A stretch of 64,000 nt of DNA from a virus. Its lineage: Duplodnaviria; Caudoviricetes. Position 1 is the stretch's first letter. Each line of letters starts with the position of its first letter. The notes below the pieces were generated by a model. The model did no database searches. It saw only the letters and a list, made by a program, of their open reading frames with translations, and was not told the DNA's origin. A program made the translations under genes and the position numbers. The DNA lies in the IMG/VR virus record IMGVR_UViG_3300013212_000061, positions 1-64,000 of that record; one strand, 5' to 3'. Positions 27,759-38,669 of this stretch are shown one piece after another.

Positions 27759-28871
27759 ATGATTCAACAAGCAAATTTAAACAAGCCAGTTAAAAGAATT
27801 TGGATTCTAGGTGATATGCACTTAGGAGTCCGATCAAGTTCATTGGAATGGTTAGAAATGCAAAAGGATTTTTATGACAATCAATTTATTCCGACTCTAT
27901 TAGAAAACTATGAAGATGGAGATATATTGGTTCAAGTTGGAGACGCTTTCGATAATAGACAAAGTGTAAACATTAGAGTTCTACATTATGCAATCGATCT
28001 TTTTGAAAGACTTGGAAATATTCTACCAACCCATATAATTTGTGGAAACCATGATATATGGGCAAAGAAAAGCAATGATGTAAGTTCTATTGATGCTCTT
28101 AAATGGATTCCAAATGTAAGCATCTATAAAGAACCTCAAACATTTCATTGGGGTGGAACAGAAGTCCTATTGATGCCATGGAGGAGAGACGTTGAACATG
28201 AAGTAGAAACTTTAGATTTGTTTCCAAACTCTGAAATTGTATTTTGCCATTCAGAAGTGCGAGGTATTAAATTAAATAAGAAGGTTGATAATCACCACGG
28301 TACTGATTCAACTACTTATGACCGATTTACTGCAGTTTATTCAGGACATATTCATTATAGACAGCGCCGAGGCCAGTTGCGAATGGTTGGTACCCCTTAT
28401 GAATTGACGCGATCTGATATGGACAATACTAAAGGATTTGACCTTGTTAATTTAGAAGACATGCAGGAAACTTTCTTTGAGAATACAATATCACCAAAGT
28501 TTGTTAAATTTAATCTAACTAATCTTTACAATACACCTCTTGGAGAATTTAAAGATGCTATTAGAAATAATTTTGTAGACCTTTATGTCCCATCAAATAT
28601 TGCAACTACATCTGCTCTTTCCAGACTTATTAATAAAGTACAAACAATAAGTAGAAAAATAGACCCTAATATCTACGAGCAAGACACGTTCTTAGACGAG
28701 GATTCATACGACATGGACCAAATCGAAGACCTATACAAAAACTATAATATCTTACATCTTTGTAATATCTATGTAGACAATACAATGCATGCTGAAGATG
28801 TTAAAATACAAATCAAAGATCGTTTGAAGAAACTTCATGATTTTTATGCATATAATAATCAAATGGATTAA
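27759..28871 (+). CDS. gp47: Mre11/SbcD-like nuclease
   Basis: GDMHLG, GDAFD, GNHD, SGHIH. Confidence 0.9.
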   Translation: MIQQANLNKPVKRIWILGDMHLGVRSSSLEWLEMQKDFYDNQFIPTLLENYEDGDILVQVGDAFDNRQSVNIRVLHYAIDLFERLGNILPTHIICGNHDIWAKKSNDVSSIDALKWIPNVSIYKEPQTFHWGGTEVLLMPWRRDVEHEVETLDLFPNSEIVFCHSEVRGIKLNKKVDNHHGTDSTTYDRFTAVYSGHIHYRQRRGQLRMVGTPYELTRSDMDNTKGFDLVNLEDMQETFFENTISPKFVKFNLTNLYNTPLGEFKDAIRNNFVDLYVPSNIATTSALSRLINKVQTISRKIDPNIYEQDTFLDEDSYDMDQIEDLYKNYNILHLCNIYVDNTMHAEDVKIQIKDRLKKLHDFYAYNNQMD

Positions 28872-28873
28872 AT

Positions 28874-30547
28874 ATGAAAATACAAAGTATTGAACTAAAA
28901 AACTTTGCATCTTACGGTAATCAAGTTCAAACTATAAAATTTGAAGATGATAAATCTGAGCTATTTTTAACCTTAGGAAAAAATGGTGAAGGCAAAACAA
29001 CTATTGCTAACGCGATAGTTTTTGCGCTTTACGGTAAAGTTGAAGGTGTTAAAATGTCCGACCTTCCAAATAGAATTAATAAAGAACTTTGGGTCAGAAT
29101 AACCTTACAATGTAAAAGTGTTGAGGTTGTTATTGAGCGTGGTTTGGCTCCTGGAATTTTTAAAGTTCTCCTTAATGGAATTGAATTCGACAAGGCAGGA
29201 AAACGTTCAGTACAAGAATACCTTGAAGAGGAAATCTTTGGTATTCCATACCATGTATTTAAAAACATTATCATTCTCTCTGTTAATGACTTTAAGTCTT
29301 TTTTAACAATGAGTAATAGTGACAAGCGCCAGATTATTGATAAAATGTTTGGATTTTCTATCTTAAATGATATGCAAAATGCACTTAAAGAAGAGAGAAG
29401 AACTCTTAAAAGCGATATTGATGCATTTGGCAGAGAGTTAGGCCAAATAAATGAGAATATAAAACAAGTTCAAATTAAGCTAGACCAGTTGATGGTTGAA
29501 AGCCAAGAAAAGGACAAAAAGAAAATTCAACATCTTAAAGATTCTCTTGTTAAATATGACGAGAATAAAAAGAAGTTGGAAGAGGCCCAGGGTAAAATCA
29601 CTGCAAGCATTAAGGGTTTAAATTTGGATCTACAATCAAATCAGTCGACCGAAACTGAATTAAAGTTTAAAATAGCAGAACTTAAAAAGAAATTGGAGTT
29701 GTATGAAAATAATTCATGTCCAACTTGCGAACATGAGCTTACTGGAGAGTTTCACAACTCTAGACGGGATGAACTTGAATCTGAACTAAAAGATATTCCA
29801 AATCAACTAGAAGAGGTTACACAAGAAGTGTCAACTATTAAAACACAAATCAGCGATCTTAGAGATAAAGATAGTGTTGTTCGTGATAGGGTATCTTCAT
29901 TAAATATAAACATTGCAAACTTTAAAAAAGAACTCTTAGCAATTTCAGCATCAATTAAAGGTACAACTGATTTTTCTCACATGGAGCAAATTATATCTGA
30001 CTTTGAAACACAAGAGCTGGAGAAGGGAAATCTTAAAGATACTAAAACTATTGACTACAATTTCTTAGAAATGGTTGAAGAGGTTCTTGGAGAGGATGGA
30101 GTTAAAAATCTTGCAATCAAGACTATATTACCCGGGTTGAATGCAAATATCGCAGCTATGACCCAGACAATGCACCTTCACTTCCACCTCCGATTTGATG
30201 AGAAATTCAATTGTATTATCAATCACTTAGGAGAGGAAATAAATCCAATGACCCTTTCAACAGGTGAACGAAAGAAGGCAGACTTTATAATTATTATTGC
30301 AATTATAAAAATTTTAAAATTAAGATTCCCACAACTAAACCTGTTATTCTTAGATGAGTTGCTAAGTTCTGTCGATCAAGATGGAATCCACAATATCCTA
30401 AAAATCTTAAGTGGAGTAATTAAAGAGAGCAAAATTAACTGTTTTGTTATCAACCACACCCCCTTACCTCATGAAATCTTTGACAAAAAAATTCAAATCT
30501 TCAGAGAAAATGGATTCTCCAAATTTAATATTGAGCTAATAGAATAG
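28874..30547 (+). CDS. gp46: Rad50/SbcC-like ATPase
   Basis: GKNGEGKT, CPTC zinc hook, LSTGE, FLDE. Confidence 0.92.
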   Translation: MKIQSIELKNFASYGNQVQTIKFEDDKSELFLTLGKNGEGKTTIANAIVFALYGKVEGVKMSDLPNRINKELWVRITLQCKSVEVVIERGLAPGIFKVLLNGIEFDKAGKRSVQEYLEEEIFGIPYHVFKNIIILSVNDFKSFLTMSNSDKRQIIDKMFGFSILNDMQNALKEERRTLKSDIDAFGRELGQINENIKQVQIKLDQLMVESQEKDKKKIQHLKDSLVKYDENKKKLEEAQGKITASIKGLNLDLQSNQSTETELKFKIAELKKKLELYENNSCPTCEHELTGEFHNSRRDELESELKDIPNQLEEVTQEVSTIKTQISDLRDKDSVVRDRVSSLNINIANFKKELLAISASIKGTTDFSHMEQIISDFETQELEKGNLKDTKTIDYNFLEMVEEVLGEDGVKNLAIKTILPGLNANIAAMTQTMHLHFHLRFDEKFNCIINHLGEEINPMTLSTGERKKADFIIIIAIIKILKLRFPQLNLLFLDELLSSVDQDGIHNILKILSGVIKESKINCFVINHTPLPHEIFDKKIQIFRENGFSKFNIELIE

Positions 30548-30559
30548 GATATATAATCC

Positions 30560-33055
30560 ATGGCAAGTTACAATCAAAAATTTAATTCCGATGATAGTGT
30601 AGTTAGACACATCATTATAGGTTTTTTAGCCGATTTGAATACCAAATTGTATTTTCATCGACAAATAACCAATGACGAAAGAGTAGTAGTGGATGTTCCA
30701 TTTTATTACTCAATAACAGGGGATGACCAATTCCTTAGAGACAATTTTCTATTTTCAACACCATCAGGACCAAATTGTACTCCAGATAAAGCGCATGCGG
30801 ATGCAAACTATGATGTTGTACCAAGAGGAATTGTAAACTTTTCAGGACTTGCTATTGATTCTGGAAAATTAGTCAATAAAAGAACTACAGGTCAGTACAC
30901 TAAAATGAACTCTGAAGGGATCATTGAATCTTATGTTGCTGAATTTGACATGATTCCAATAACTATTAGTTTTGATGTTGAAATCCTAGTATCTTCAACA
31001 CTTGATTCTTTTAAAATCACTGAGGCAATAATCAAAAGAATGTACAAATCCAACTATTTTAATGTTGAAGTTGGGCATTTAGAGGAGGGTAATTATAGAA
31101 TCGCATCTTATTATGCACTACCTGATGATTACACTCTTGAAAGACCTGTTGGATTTACATATGATGACAAAGACCGATTTAAAATAACTTTTCCTATTGA
31201 AGTTAATTCATTTATACCTTCATTTCATTTAGGTAATGAAGAAGGTTTTGGATCAAATCAACTTTCTACTGAGCGTTTTGCTGGAAACAGAATGTTTACT
31301 ATAGATGCTATTATAAACTCTACTGATGTTAATCAAATTACTTCCGGACAATATTTCGGAGATATTGTAGAAGTTCCAGGAACATCGCAACCTGGCGGAA
31401 GTTCTCTATTTGGAACCCAAGGTCCTGTAGGACCTGCAGGGGATAGAGGACCTCAAGGACGTCAAGGAACGCAAGGAGCACAAGGTACTCAAGGTTACCA
31501 AGGTACCCAAGGAAACCAAGGAACACAAGGTTACCAAGGAGACCAAGGAACACAAGGTTACCAAGGAGACCAGGGAACTCAAGGTTACCAAGGAGACCAG
31601 GGAACTCAAGGTTACCAAGGAGACCAGGGAACTCAAGGAACACAAGGTACTCAAGGAGACCAAGGAACACAAGGTTACCAAGGAGACCAGGGAACTCAAG
31701 GTTACCAGGGAGACCAAGGAACACAAGGTTACCAAGGAGACCAGGGAACTCAAGGTTACCAGGGAGACCAGGGAACTCAAGGTACTCAAGGAGACCAAGG
31801 AACCCAGGGATTCCAAGGTGCTCAAGGATTCCAAGGTGCTCAAGGAGTTCAAGGTGCTCAAGGTGCTCAAGGAGTTCAAGGTGCTCAAGGAGTTCAAGGA
31901 GTTCAAGGTGCTCAAGGAGTTCAAGGTGCTCAAGGTGCTCAAGGAGTTCAAGGTGCCCAAGGAGTTCAAGGCTTACAGGGAATTCAAGGTGCCCAAGGAT
32001 TTCAAGGTGCTCAAGGAGTTCAAGGCTTACAGGGAGTTCAAGGTGCTCAAGGACGCCAAGGTTCTCAAGGGTTTCAAGGACAAAAAGGTGAAACTGGATC
32101 TTTCGGTGGTGCAACATTTGAGTTCTATTATGATAATGACACAACAGATCCCGTAAATTTGACACCAGGGCATGTAAGAATTAATGAATTTGGTACGGAA
32201 ATGTACATTTCATATTTAGACATTAACTCTATAAGTATTCAATCATTTTTACAAACAATTGATGATTCAACTTCTCAAATTAAAGGTTTATTTAAACTAA
32301 CATCATATACTGACCCGTTACTTTATGCAATATTTAATATAGTAGGTAGCCATACAGAGCATACAGACCATTTCAATGTTCCAGTTGCATTTATTTCCAG
32401 TCCTATTGCTGGAACTGTTCCTCCCGACCAATTAGCATATATTACTTTCCAAAGAACAGGAGACATTGGAGATAGAGGACCTCAAGGTTTTCAAGGTGCC
32501 CAAGGAACGCGAGGTTTTCAAGGAGCCCAAGGTTTTCAAGGAGTACAAGGAGCCCAAGGTTTTCAGGGAATACAAGGAGTACAGGGTGCCCAAGGAACTC
32601 AAGGTTTCCAGGGAATACAAGGAACTCAAGGAACTCAAGGAGTACAAGGATTCCAAGGTGCTCAAGGAGTACAAGGATTCCAAGGACCTCAAGGTTTTCA
32701 AGGAGCCCAAGGTACTCAAGGAACTGGAGCCCAAGGGTTTCAAGGTGTTCAAGGACCCCAAAGTTCAGGTGCAGGTGGAAGTATTAAATCAATAAATGTA
32801 ATAAGTAGCAACACCACCGCCGGAAGCAATGCAAGTACTGAATATACATATCTTGCTTCAGGAACTATTGATATTACTCTTCCAACTGCCGTAGGAAATA
32901 CAAATAACTATTACATTAAAAATACCGGAACCGGCACAGTAACAATTAAAACAACTTCAACTGAAACAATAGATGGAAGTTTAACAGCCCCATTGCGGGT
33001 TCAATACACAGCATTAACATTAGTAAGCGATGGTACAAACTGGTTTATAATATAA
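30560..33055 (+). CDS. gp15-like tail terminator fused to collagen-like (Gly-X-Gln) fibre and C-terminal tip domain
   Basis: N-terminal VRHII..F, VPFYY, VPRG, IPITISFDVEI, SFKITEAII; two GXQ blocks; C-terminal ITLPTA...TIDG...LVSDGTNW. Confidence 0.65.
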   Translation: MASYNQKFNSDDSVVRHIIIGFLADLNTKLYFHRQITNDERVVVDVPFYYSITGDDQFLRDNFLFSTPSGPNCTPDKAHADANYDVVPRGIVNFSGLAIDSGKLVNKRTTGQYTKMNSEGIIESYVAEFDMIPITISFDVEILVSSTLDSFKITEAIIKRMYKSNYFNVEVGHLEEGNYRIASYYALPDDYTLERPVGFTYDDKDRFKITFPIEVNSFIPSFHLGNEEGFGSNQLSTERFAGNRMFTIDAIINSTDVNQITSGQYFGDIVEVPGTSQPGGSSLFGTQGPVGPAGDRGPQGRQGTQGAQGTQGYQGTQGNQGTQGYQGDQGTQGYQGDQGTQGYQGDQGTQGYQGDQGTQGTQGTQGDQGTQGYQGDQGTQGYQGDQGTQGYQGDQGTQGYQGDQGTQGTQGDQGTQGFQGAQGFQGAQGVQGAQGAQGVQGAQGVQGVQGAQGVQGAQGAQGVQGAQGVQGLQGIQGAQGFQGAQGVQGLQGVQGAQGRQGSQGFQGQKGETGSFGGATFEFYYDNDTTDPVNLTPGHVRINEFGTEMYISYLDINSISIQSFLQTIDDSTSQIKGLFKLTSYTDPLLYAIFNIVGSHTEHTDHFNVPVAFISSPIAGTVPPDQLAYITFQRTGDIGDRGPQGFQGAQGTRGFQGAQGFQGVQGAQGFQGIQGVQGAQGTQGFQGIQGTQGTQGVQGFQGAQGVQGFQGPQGFQGAQGTQGTGAQGFQGVQGPQSSGAGGSIKSINVISSNTTAGSNASTEYTYLASGTIDITLPTAVGNTNNYYIKNTGTGTVTIKTTSTETIDGSLTAPLRVQYTALTLVSDGTNWFII
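31412..32100 (+). repeat. Collagen-like tandem repeat block 1 (9-bp unit; 27-bp GTQ-GYQ-GDQ superunit, then GAQ/GVQ)
   Basis: Directly visible CAAGG-periodic repeats, roughly 75 triplets. Confidence 0.95.
32460..32762 (+). repeat. Collagen-like repeat block 2
   Basis: GXQ triplets, roughly 33. Confidence 0.95.
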
Positions 33056-33067
33056 AAACAAAACAAT

Positions 33068-33514
33068 ATGGCATATAATCCTAATAATCCAAACGGACAA
33101 GCTACGTCAGCAAATTCAGCTCCTGTCGTAATTGCATCAGATCAAACCGCAGTTAATACATCCCTACAGGAAGTAGCAACAGGAGGAGCAAGTGTGTTTC
33201 ACCTGGTATCAACTGCATCAACTAATGCAACCAACATTAAGGCATCCGCTGGAAAGGTGACCGGTTGGTACATTTTTAATTCAAACGGATCTGCTAGAAA
33301 AGTAGCATTTCATAACACGGCTGGTACTCCTACCGCAGGTGCTTCCGTTTATTTTTCTATTGTAATCCCTGCGCTATCAGGTGCAAACTGTCCCTTCCCA
33401 GCTGGAATAAATTTTAGCACAGGTATTGCAATAACAACCGCAACTGGACTTGCAGATAGTGATGCTGTAGCAGTAGCTGCAAATGATTTAATAATTAATA
33501 TATTTTACAAATAA
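33068..33514 (+). CDS. Putative virion fibre-associated protein
   Basis: A/T/S-rich beta-type protein in the fibre cassette. Confidence 0.55.
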   Translation: MAYNPNNPNGQATSANSAPVVIASDQTAVNTSLQEVATGGASVFHLVSTASTNATNIKASAGKVTGWYIFNSNGSARKVAFHNTAGTPTAGASVYFSIVIPALSGANCPFPAGINFSTGIAITTATGLADSDAVAVAANDLIINIFYK

Positions 33515-33515
33515 A

Positions 33516-33839
33516 ATGAAAATTCAACAAACACAGTCAGTTCAGCTTCCCTTATTAGGAATAGCTGATACCCTAGAGATTAGGGTTAATTCATTCCCTC
33601 TATTTCCATCCTCAATTGAAGTGTTTTGGAAAGTAAGTGGTGATGTAATAAGTAAGGAAGGGACAATTGTTCTTCCTCAAGAAATAGTACAAAACTGGGG
33701 AACAGACGATACCATAGTAAAAGAGTATATACTTCAACAATTGGGTCTCGTAGAGGACACAACGCCAGATCCTGTGGTAACCTCGCCATTACAGGGTCCT
33801 GTAGATGACACTGCTCTAACAGAAGAAACTCCACAATAA
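33516..33839 (+). CDS. Hypothetical fibre-cassette protein
   Basis: WGTDDTIV..YILQQLGL; packed ORF. Confidence 0.55.
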   Translation: MKIQQTQSVQLPLLGIADTLEIRVNSFPLFPSSIEVFWKVSGDVISKEGTIVLPQEIVQNWGTDDTIVKEYILQQLGLVEDTTPDPVVTSPLQGPVDDTALTEETPQ

Positions 33840-33850
33840 AAAGTTATTAA

Positions 33851-36541
33851 ATGGCAGCTAAGTATTGGTATGTAGCAGGTAATGGAAGTGCAGATTGGAG
33901 TGTCGCAGCTAATTGGTATTTAGGATCTGGGGGTACTGGAGGCGCTGCAGGTTTACCAACAGCATCCGATACAGTGTACTTAAGCCAGGCATCTGGTAGC
34001 GGTACATTAACAATTGGAAGTGGTACTACTGCATCGTGCAACGGTTTAATATGTACGGGTTTTATAGGAACACTAGCTGGAGCAACTTCATTGACTATAA
34101 CCGATACAACATCACCTGTAACACAACTACTTGAGTTTTCTCCTACTATGGGTATAACTTATAGCGGAACCTTTACAATTAATGGATCAGGAAATGGGAG
34201 TAATATTATTTTTAACGGACAAACTTTTCCTGGTAATATTACATTAGCCAAAAGTTCAACTACAGGTACTACACAGGTTACTTTTGTTGACACAGCAAGA
34301 ATTACTGGTCTTTTAACAATATCAAGTGGGTTTATATTTTTAACATCTCAGTTATTTACAGGAAGGTTTTCTATGTCCGGCACAGGTTCATCAACCAATA
34401 GAGATATATTCGGTGGAACTATATATTTAACAGGATCTGGCGCAGTATTAACAGTATCAACAACTGGAACATATAGCAATAACCTTTCATATGAACTTAC
34501 TGATACTACAAGTAATACAAAGACCGTAGTATCTACTGTTACTACGGCATCTGGGTTTGAACCCTTTATAAATATAACAGGTGGAGGTACTGGTAGTTAT
34601 TCATTAACAGGAAATTTTGCTAATATATCTGTTAATAATTCAGGAGGTGCTACTTTTAGTTTTGGCGCATCTAATATATGGGCACTATTCTTTAATAATT
34701 CAAATGTAAATTGGAATAATGCTGTTGTAGCCCTTGCAATTCGTGATGCTTTATACCTTAGTTCTAATATGACGGTAACTGCCACACCGACAATTACTTT
34801 TAATGGTCAAAGCAGAGTACGATGTAATACTAAAAGATTAACAGGTGCAGTATCTGTAACTTTAGGAAATATTTTAACAGCAGAAGATGATTTTCGTTTA
34901 GCTAATACATTAACTTTAACTAATGGTTCATTTGCTGGTGGAGATGCGTACATAAATTCTATATCATCATCAAGTAGTAATTTTAGAGATATTACGATAA
35001 CTAACTTATATCTTACCGGTACTGGTACTTTAGCTACTACTACTACTGCAACAAATTTAACCGTTACGATAGTTGCGATATACATACAAGATACATCTAA
35101 CACGGGTCAAACTAAAACGCTAACATTTGGTTCTGTATTTGGGTCACCTATTGTTTATATAGCAGGAACCGGCACCGGTCTAATTACTTTAGCGCCGGCT
35201 AATACGCTCGTACCGTATGTATATGTAACTAATATAGGAGGAAGCGTATCTTTTGCATCTGGTACTATTGGTAATTTGGTATTTGTTGATGGGACTACAT
35301 GCACATGGTCAAACGCAATTACTCAAACACTAAATATAGTTAATGATTTAACTTTTGCGGTTGGTCAGCCATTAAGCACCGTAACGCCAGCATTAGTATT
35401 TAATCAAGGAGTTTCAATTATAACAATGAATGGTAACCGTTTAGTTGCAGGAGCACTTACAGCCGGTTATACTAGTGGCGCAACAGTATTTACTGACAAC
35501 TTTACCACTAATGCAGCCGTAACAATTACCGACACATATACCGATTCAGCAGCCGCAGGTAATTTTACTTGTTCTACTCTTACTCTAACTGGTTCAGGAG
35601 TTTTCACATTTAAAAAAAATCTAACTGCAACTGTAACTGCCATTAGTGGAAACGCTGGAGTATCTATAGCAGGACTTATTTCACCCGGGGTTTACTTTCA
35701 ATCAGTTGTTAATATAACTACGCTTACCGTTAGTTCTGCTAATTCAGACCCTCTTACTATAAATGGTGGAACTTTTACATGCACATCGATATCTAATTCA
35801 AGTACATATCCTATCGCAATCAATAGTGGCTCCACTTTAAATTGCTCATCTATTTCTTTAACGGCTGGCTCAAGTTTAAATGCATCCGGAAATAGCATTA
35901 TCAGATGTAATGGTGCATTTCTTAGTACCGCTGGTAATGTTAATTTTACAAATTCTACTGCTACTTTTTTAACTTTTGGTTTAAGTGGAGTCACTAGCAA
36001 TTATAATGTGAACAATAGTAAAATTTATATAACTGGTGCCACAACTACTGCCTTTTCATTAGCTGCTACTATAGCATCTTACACATCAAGTCAAACATCA
36101 ATAGAATTTACTAATAACACAAATGCAAATACTACGTTTGCAGGAGGAGGATTTACATACTATGAATTGATATTCAATAGAGGAGCAGTCACCGGTTTTA
36201 ATAATGTTATAACCGGAAGTAATACATTTACCAATCTCAGAGACTTTGGCACAGCGGCTCATTTTTTGCTATTTCCTTCAGGTGGAACAACCAATATAGG
36301 ACATCTAGATGTTCATGGAGCTCCGGGTGCTGTAATAACCATCGGAAGAACTTCAACAACTGCTACCCTATTAACTAAATCTCCAGCGGGTCTTGTTATT
36401 TGTGATTATGTTGCAGTAGTTAATGTTCCTGTTAGTGAAACTAACACATTTTATGCTGGACCAAATAGTACAGTGACTACTTCTGCTAACTGGATAAATT
36501 CTGGTAAGGTAAGAAATCAAGGTGCCCTAGGTGTAGGATAA
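33851..36541 (+). CDS. Large T/S/G/N-rich beta-solenoid virion protein (fibre/spike/adhesin-like)
   Basis: YWYVAG.G...W....NW...GG..GA..PT..D.V N-terminus; repetitive beta-strand pattern. Confidence 0.65.
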   Translation: MAAKYWYVAGNGSADWSVAANWYLGSGGTGGAAGLPTASDTVYLSQASGSGTLTIGSGTTASCNGLICTGFIGTLAGATSLTITDTTSPVTQLLEFSPTMGITYSGTFTINGSGNGSNIIFNGQTFPGNITLAKSSTTGTTQVTFVDTARITGLLTISSGFIFLTSQLFTGRFSMSGTGSSTNRDIFGGTIYLTGSGAVLTVSTTGTYSNNLSYELTDTTSNTKTVVSTVTTASGFEPFINITGGGTGSYSLTGNFANISVNNSGGATFSFGASNIWALFFNNSNVNWNNAVVALAIRDALYLSSNMTVTATPTITFNGQSRVRCNTKRLTGAVSVTLGNILTAEDDFRLANTLTLTNGSFAGGDAYINSISSSSSNFRDITITNLYLTGTGTLATTTTATNLTVTIVAIYIQDTSNTGQTKTLTFGSVFGSPIVYIAGTGTGLITLAPANTLVPYVYVTNIGGSVSFASGTIGNLVFVDGTTCTWSNAITQTLNIVNDLTFAVGQPLSTVTPALVFNQGVSIITMNGNRLVAGALTAGYTSGATVFTDNFTTNAAVTITDTYTDSAAAGNFTCSTLTLTGSGVFTFKKNLTATVTAISGNAGVSIAGLISPGVYFQSVVNITTLTVSSANSDPLTINGGTFTCTSISNSSTYPIAINSGSTLNCSSISLTAGSSLNASGNSIIRCNGAFLSTAGNVNFTNSTATFLTFGLSGVTSNYNVNNSKIYITGATTTAFSLAATIASYTSSQTSIEFTNNTNANTTFAGGGFTYYELIFNRGAVTGFNNVITGSNTFTNLRDFGTAAHFLLFPSGGTTNIGHLDVHGAPGAVITIGRTSTTATLLTKSPAGLVICDYVAVVNVPVSETNTFYAGPNSTVTTSANWINSGKVRNQGALGVG

Positions 36542-36601
36542 CTAATAGACAAAAACTATTTTAATAAAGAGATATATAAATAAAATAAAATAATAAACAA
36601 T

Positions 36602-37681
36602 ATGACAACTAATATTCTTGCACCATTTGTTAAATTAGATGAATCTTTCCAATTTTATGTAAGCGGAAGACTTTTCGAAATGAATGAAACTGAAATTAAA
36701 GAAGTTGAAGGAACAGACAACTCAACCTTAATTAATGCAATTAATGCATTTGAATCTTTTCAATTTACTGAAGATTCTGTTAGATGGTTCCATGGGCCAA
36801 GTAAATTCATCTACAATTTAGCTGAAGGTATTTTTCAACACAACAATTCAGAAATTATTGGAAGCACATTTTCAAATCATATCATGGCCGCCGGTCATAT
36901 CAGATATGCTGAAAAACCGATTGCTGAATTATTTGAATCACTTCCTACCCTATTAGAAAATTTTGTAACTCTTGATTTTGCTGCAACATTTGAAGGAAAC
37001 AACACAACTGTAAATCTTTTTGTATTAAACGAAAATGTTTACGTTGCACGTAATAACCACTCAAATAAAATTGCAAAATTCTTTAAAGCAAACAGTGCTA
37101 ATGAAGCTGCTGAATATGTTACTAAGGAGACTGGAGAATCTGCCCTTTCTTTCTTAAAAGAGATGGTTGAAGGAGAATCTGCTGAACTTGCAATTAAAGA
37201 GGAAAAACTCCAAACTTACGAATCAATTATTTCTTTCTTAAAAGACCAAAAGGGTTTATTGGCAAACGCTGATAGAAACGATGAGGCTATTAAAGAAGCT
37301 GAATCTTTAATCAATGGAGAAATTAAAGCATGGAAGGACAAGATTACCCAATTAGATGAAGCCGTTAAGTTTATTGATTTTCGTTTTAATTCACATCTAG
37401 ACCATAACCCATCATGTGATATTTTAGAAGGACACTTGGACAAAGATACCTTTATAACTTATGGAATCTATGTTAAAGACGCTGGCTCTAGAAAAGTTGG
37501 AGATGAATTTATGGAATATTACACAGGTGGTAATTACGTGCCTACTTCATTAAAGACAAGCCGATCGATGTTTTACACTGTTGATAAAATACCAGCAAAG
37601 TATAAAGCTGCTTGGGAAGAATTGCGCACTACTTACCAAAATGAATATAAAGGTTCAGGAGTATCGACAAGAAATAGATAA
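36602..37681 (+). CDS. Hypothetical late protein (possible head/core protein)
   Basis: Late promoter 36571; LDE/LNE-type sites; coiled-coil then an appended module. Confidence 0.55.
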   Translation: MTTNILAPFVKLDESFQFYVSGRLFEMNETEIKEVEGTDNSTLINAINAFESFQFTEDSVRWFHGPSKFIYNLAEGIFQHNNSEIIGSTFSNHIMAAGHIRYAEKPIAELFESLPTLLENFVTLDFAATFEGNNTTVNLFVLNENVYVARNNHSNKIAKFFKANSANEAAEYVTKETGESALSFLKEMVEGESAELAIKEEKLQTYESIISFLKDQKGLLANADRNDEAIKEAESLINGEIKAWKDKITQLDEAVKFIDFRFNSHLDHNPSCDILEGHLDKDTFITYGIYVKDAGSRKVGDEFMEYYTGGNYVPTSLKTSRSMFYTVDKIPAKYKAAWEELRTTYQNEYKGSGVSTRNR

Positions 37682-37717
37682 TATAAATAAGATAGTAGTA
37701 TAAATATATTAAATTTT

Positions 37718-37742
37718 AAAGGGGTCGCCAAGCGTCCCCTTT
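37718..37742 (+). terminator. Hairpin terminator
   Basis: AAAGGGGTCGC/GCGTCCCCTTT. Confidence 0.55.
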
Positions 37743-37809
37743 GGTGTCTAAACTGGAATTGAAACAGAATCAACACTTCGTTATATAAGATTAAACTAAA
37801 AGAATTAAA

Positions 37810-38181
37810 ATGGCTAAAACTAAAAACTATTTAAACAATAAGGACCTTCATGATGCAATGAGTGAATCCAAAAATCTGGATAAACTAACTCCAACTGCAG
37901 AGAAAATGTTAATCCTATTAGCAGAACGTGCAATTAATAGAATGTCCTATGTTAATAAAGACGACCGAGATGATTGTCTTCAGTTTGCAATGTTAGACCT
38001 CTTAAAATACTGGAGAGGATTTAACCCAGTATATCCAAACGCATTTGCCTATTTTACAGAAATTGCAAAGAGAGGATATGCAAAAGGTTGGAATAAAATT
38101 CACCCACAAAAATACAAAGGTACCATCTCTATGAGCAGAACATCAGGTGATGATGATAGCGGCGGGATTTATTCTATTTAA
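37810..38181 (+). CDS. gp55: Late-transcription sigma factor (short gp55-like)
   Basis: NYLNNKDL, DDCLQFA, FNP..PNAFAYFTEIA. Confidence 0.75.
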   Translation: MAKTKNYLNNKDLHDAMSESKNLDKLTPTAEKMLILLAERAINRMSYVNKDDRDDCLQFAMLDLLKYWRGFNPVYPNAFAYFTEIAKRGYAKGWNKIHPQKYKGTISMSRTSGDDDSGGIYSI

Positions 38182-38669
38182 TGTCGATTAAGAATTTAAA
38201 ACCAACCAAAAAGTCCGGATTTAATCAAGGATATTTTAATCCCAAGAACCTTGAAAAATATATAGGTCCATCACCTATTATTTACAGGAGCTCTTGGGAA
38301 TATAAGTTTATGATATGGTGTGACATCAATGACAAAGTCCTTTGTTGGTCGAGTGAACCAGTTGAAATTAAATATTGGTCACGCCAGGGAAATAAGCAGC
38401 GAACATACCACCCAGACTTTTACTTTAAAATCTTAAAACAGGATGGCTCAAACGAAGAGTTTCTTGCCGAAATCAAGCCAAAAAATCAAATACAAAAGCC
38501 AAAACCTCCGACAAATCCAACTAAAAAAAGTGTTGCATCTTATAAGTTTCTTACAGAACAATACATAAAAAATATGGATAAATATAATGCTGCTAAAGAA
38601 TACGCAGCAAGTCGTTGTTGGCGATTTATTGTCCTAACAGAAGATACTATTAAAAATGGGTTACATTAA
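38181..38669 (+). CDS. gp4: Head completion nuclease (TnsA-like)
   Basis: YRSSWE..FM.WCD, WSSE, YHPDF, EIKP. Confidence 0.85.
   Translation: MSIKNLKPTKKSGFNQGYFNPKNLEKYIGPSPIIYRSSWEYKFMIWCDINDKVLCWSSEPVEIKYWSRQGNKQRTYHPDFYFKILKQDGSNEEFLAEIKPKNQIQKPKPPTNPTKKSVASYKFLTEQYIKNMDKYNAAKEYAASRCWRFIVLTEDTIKNGLH

Noticed and set aside
31412-32100. CRISPR-like or DGR-like repeat array
   Set aside because: Repeats are contiguous in-frame codon repeats without unique spacers; no cas or reverse transcriptase genes
31338-32795. Long alternative-frame and antisense ORFs (LEHLEL, STLSSL, FKVLKE repeats)
   Set aside because: Shadows of the collagen 9-bp repeat
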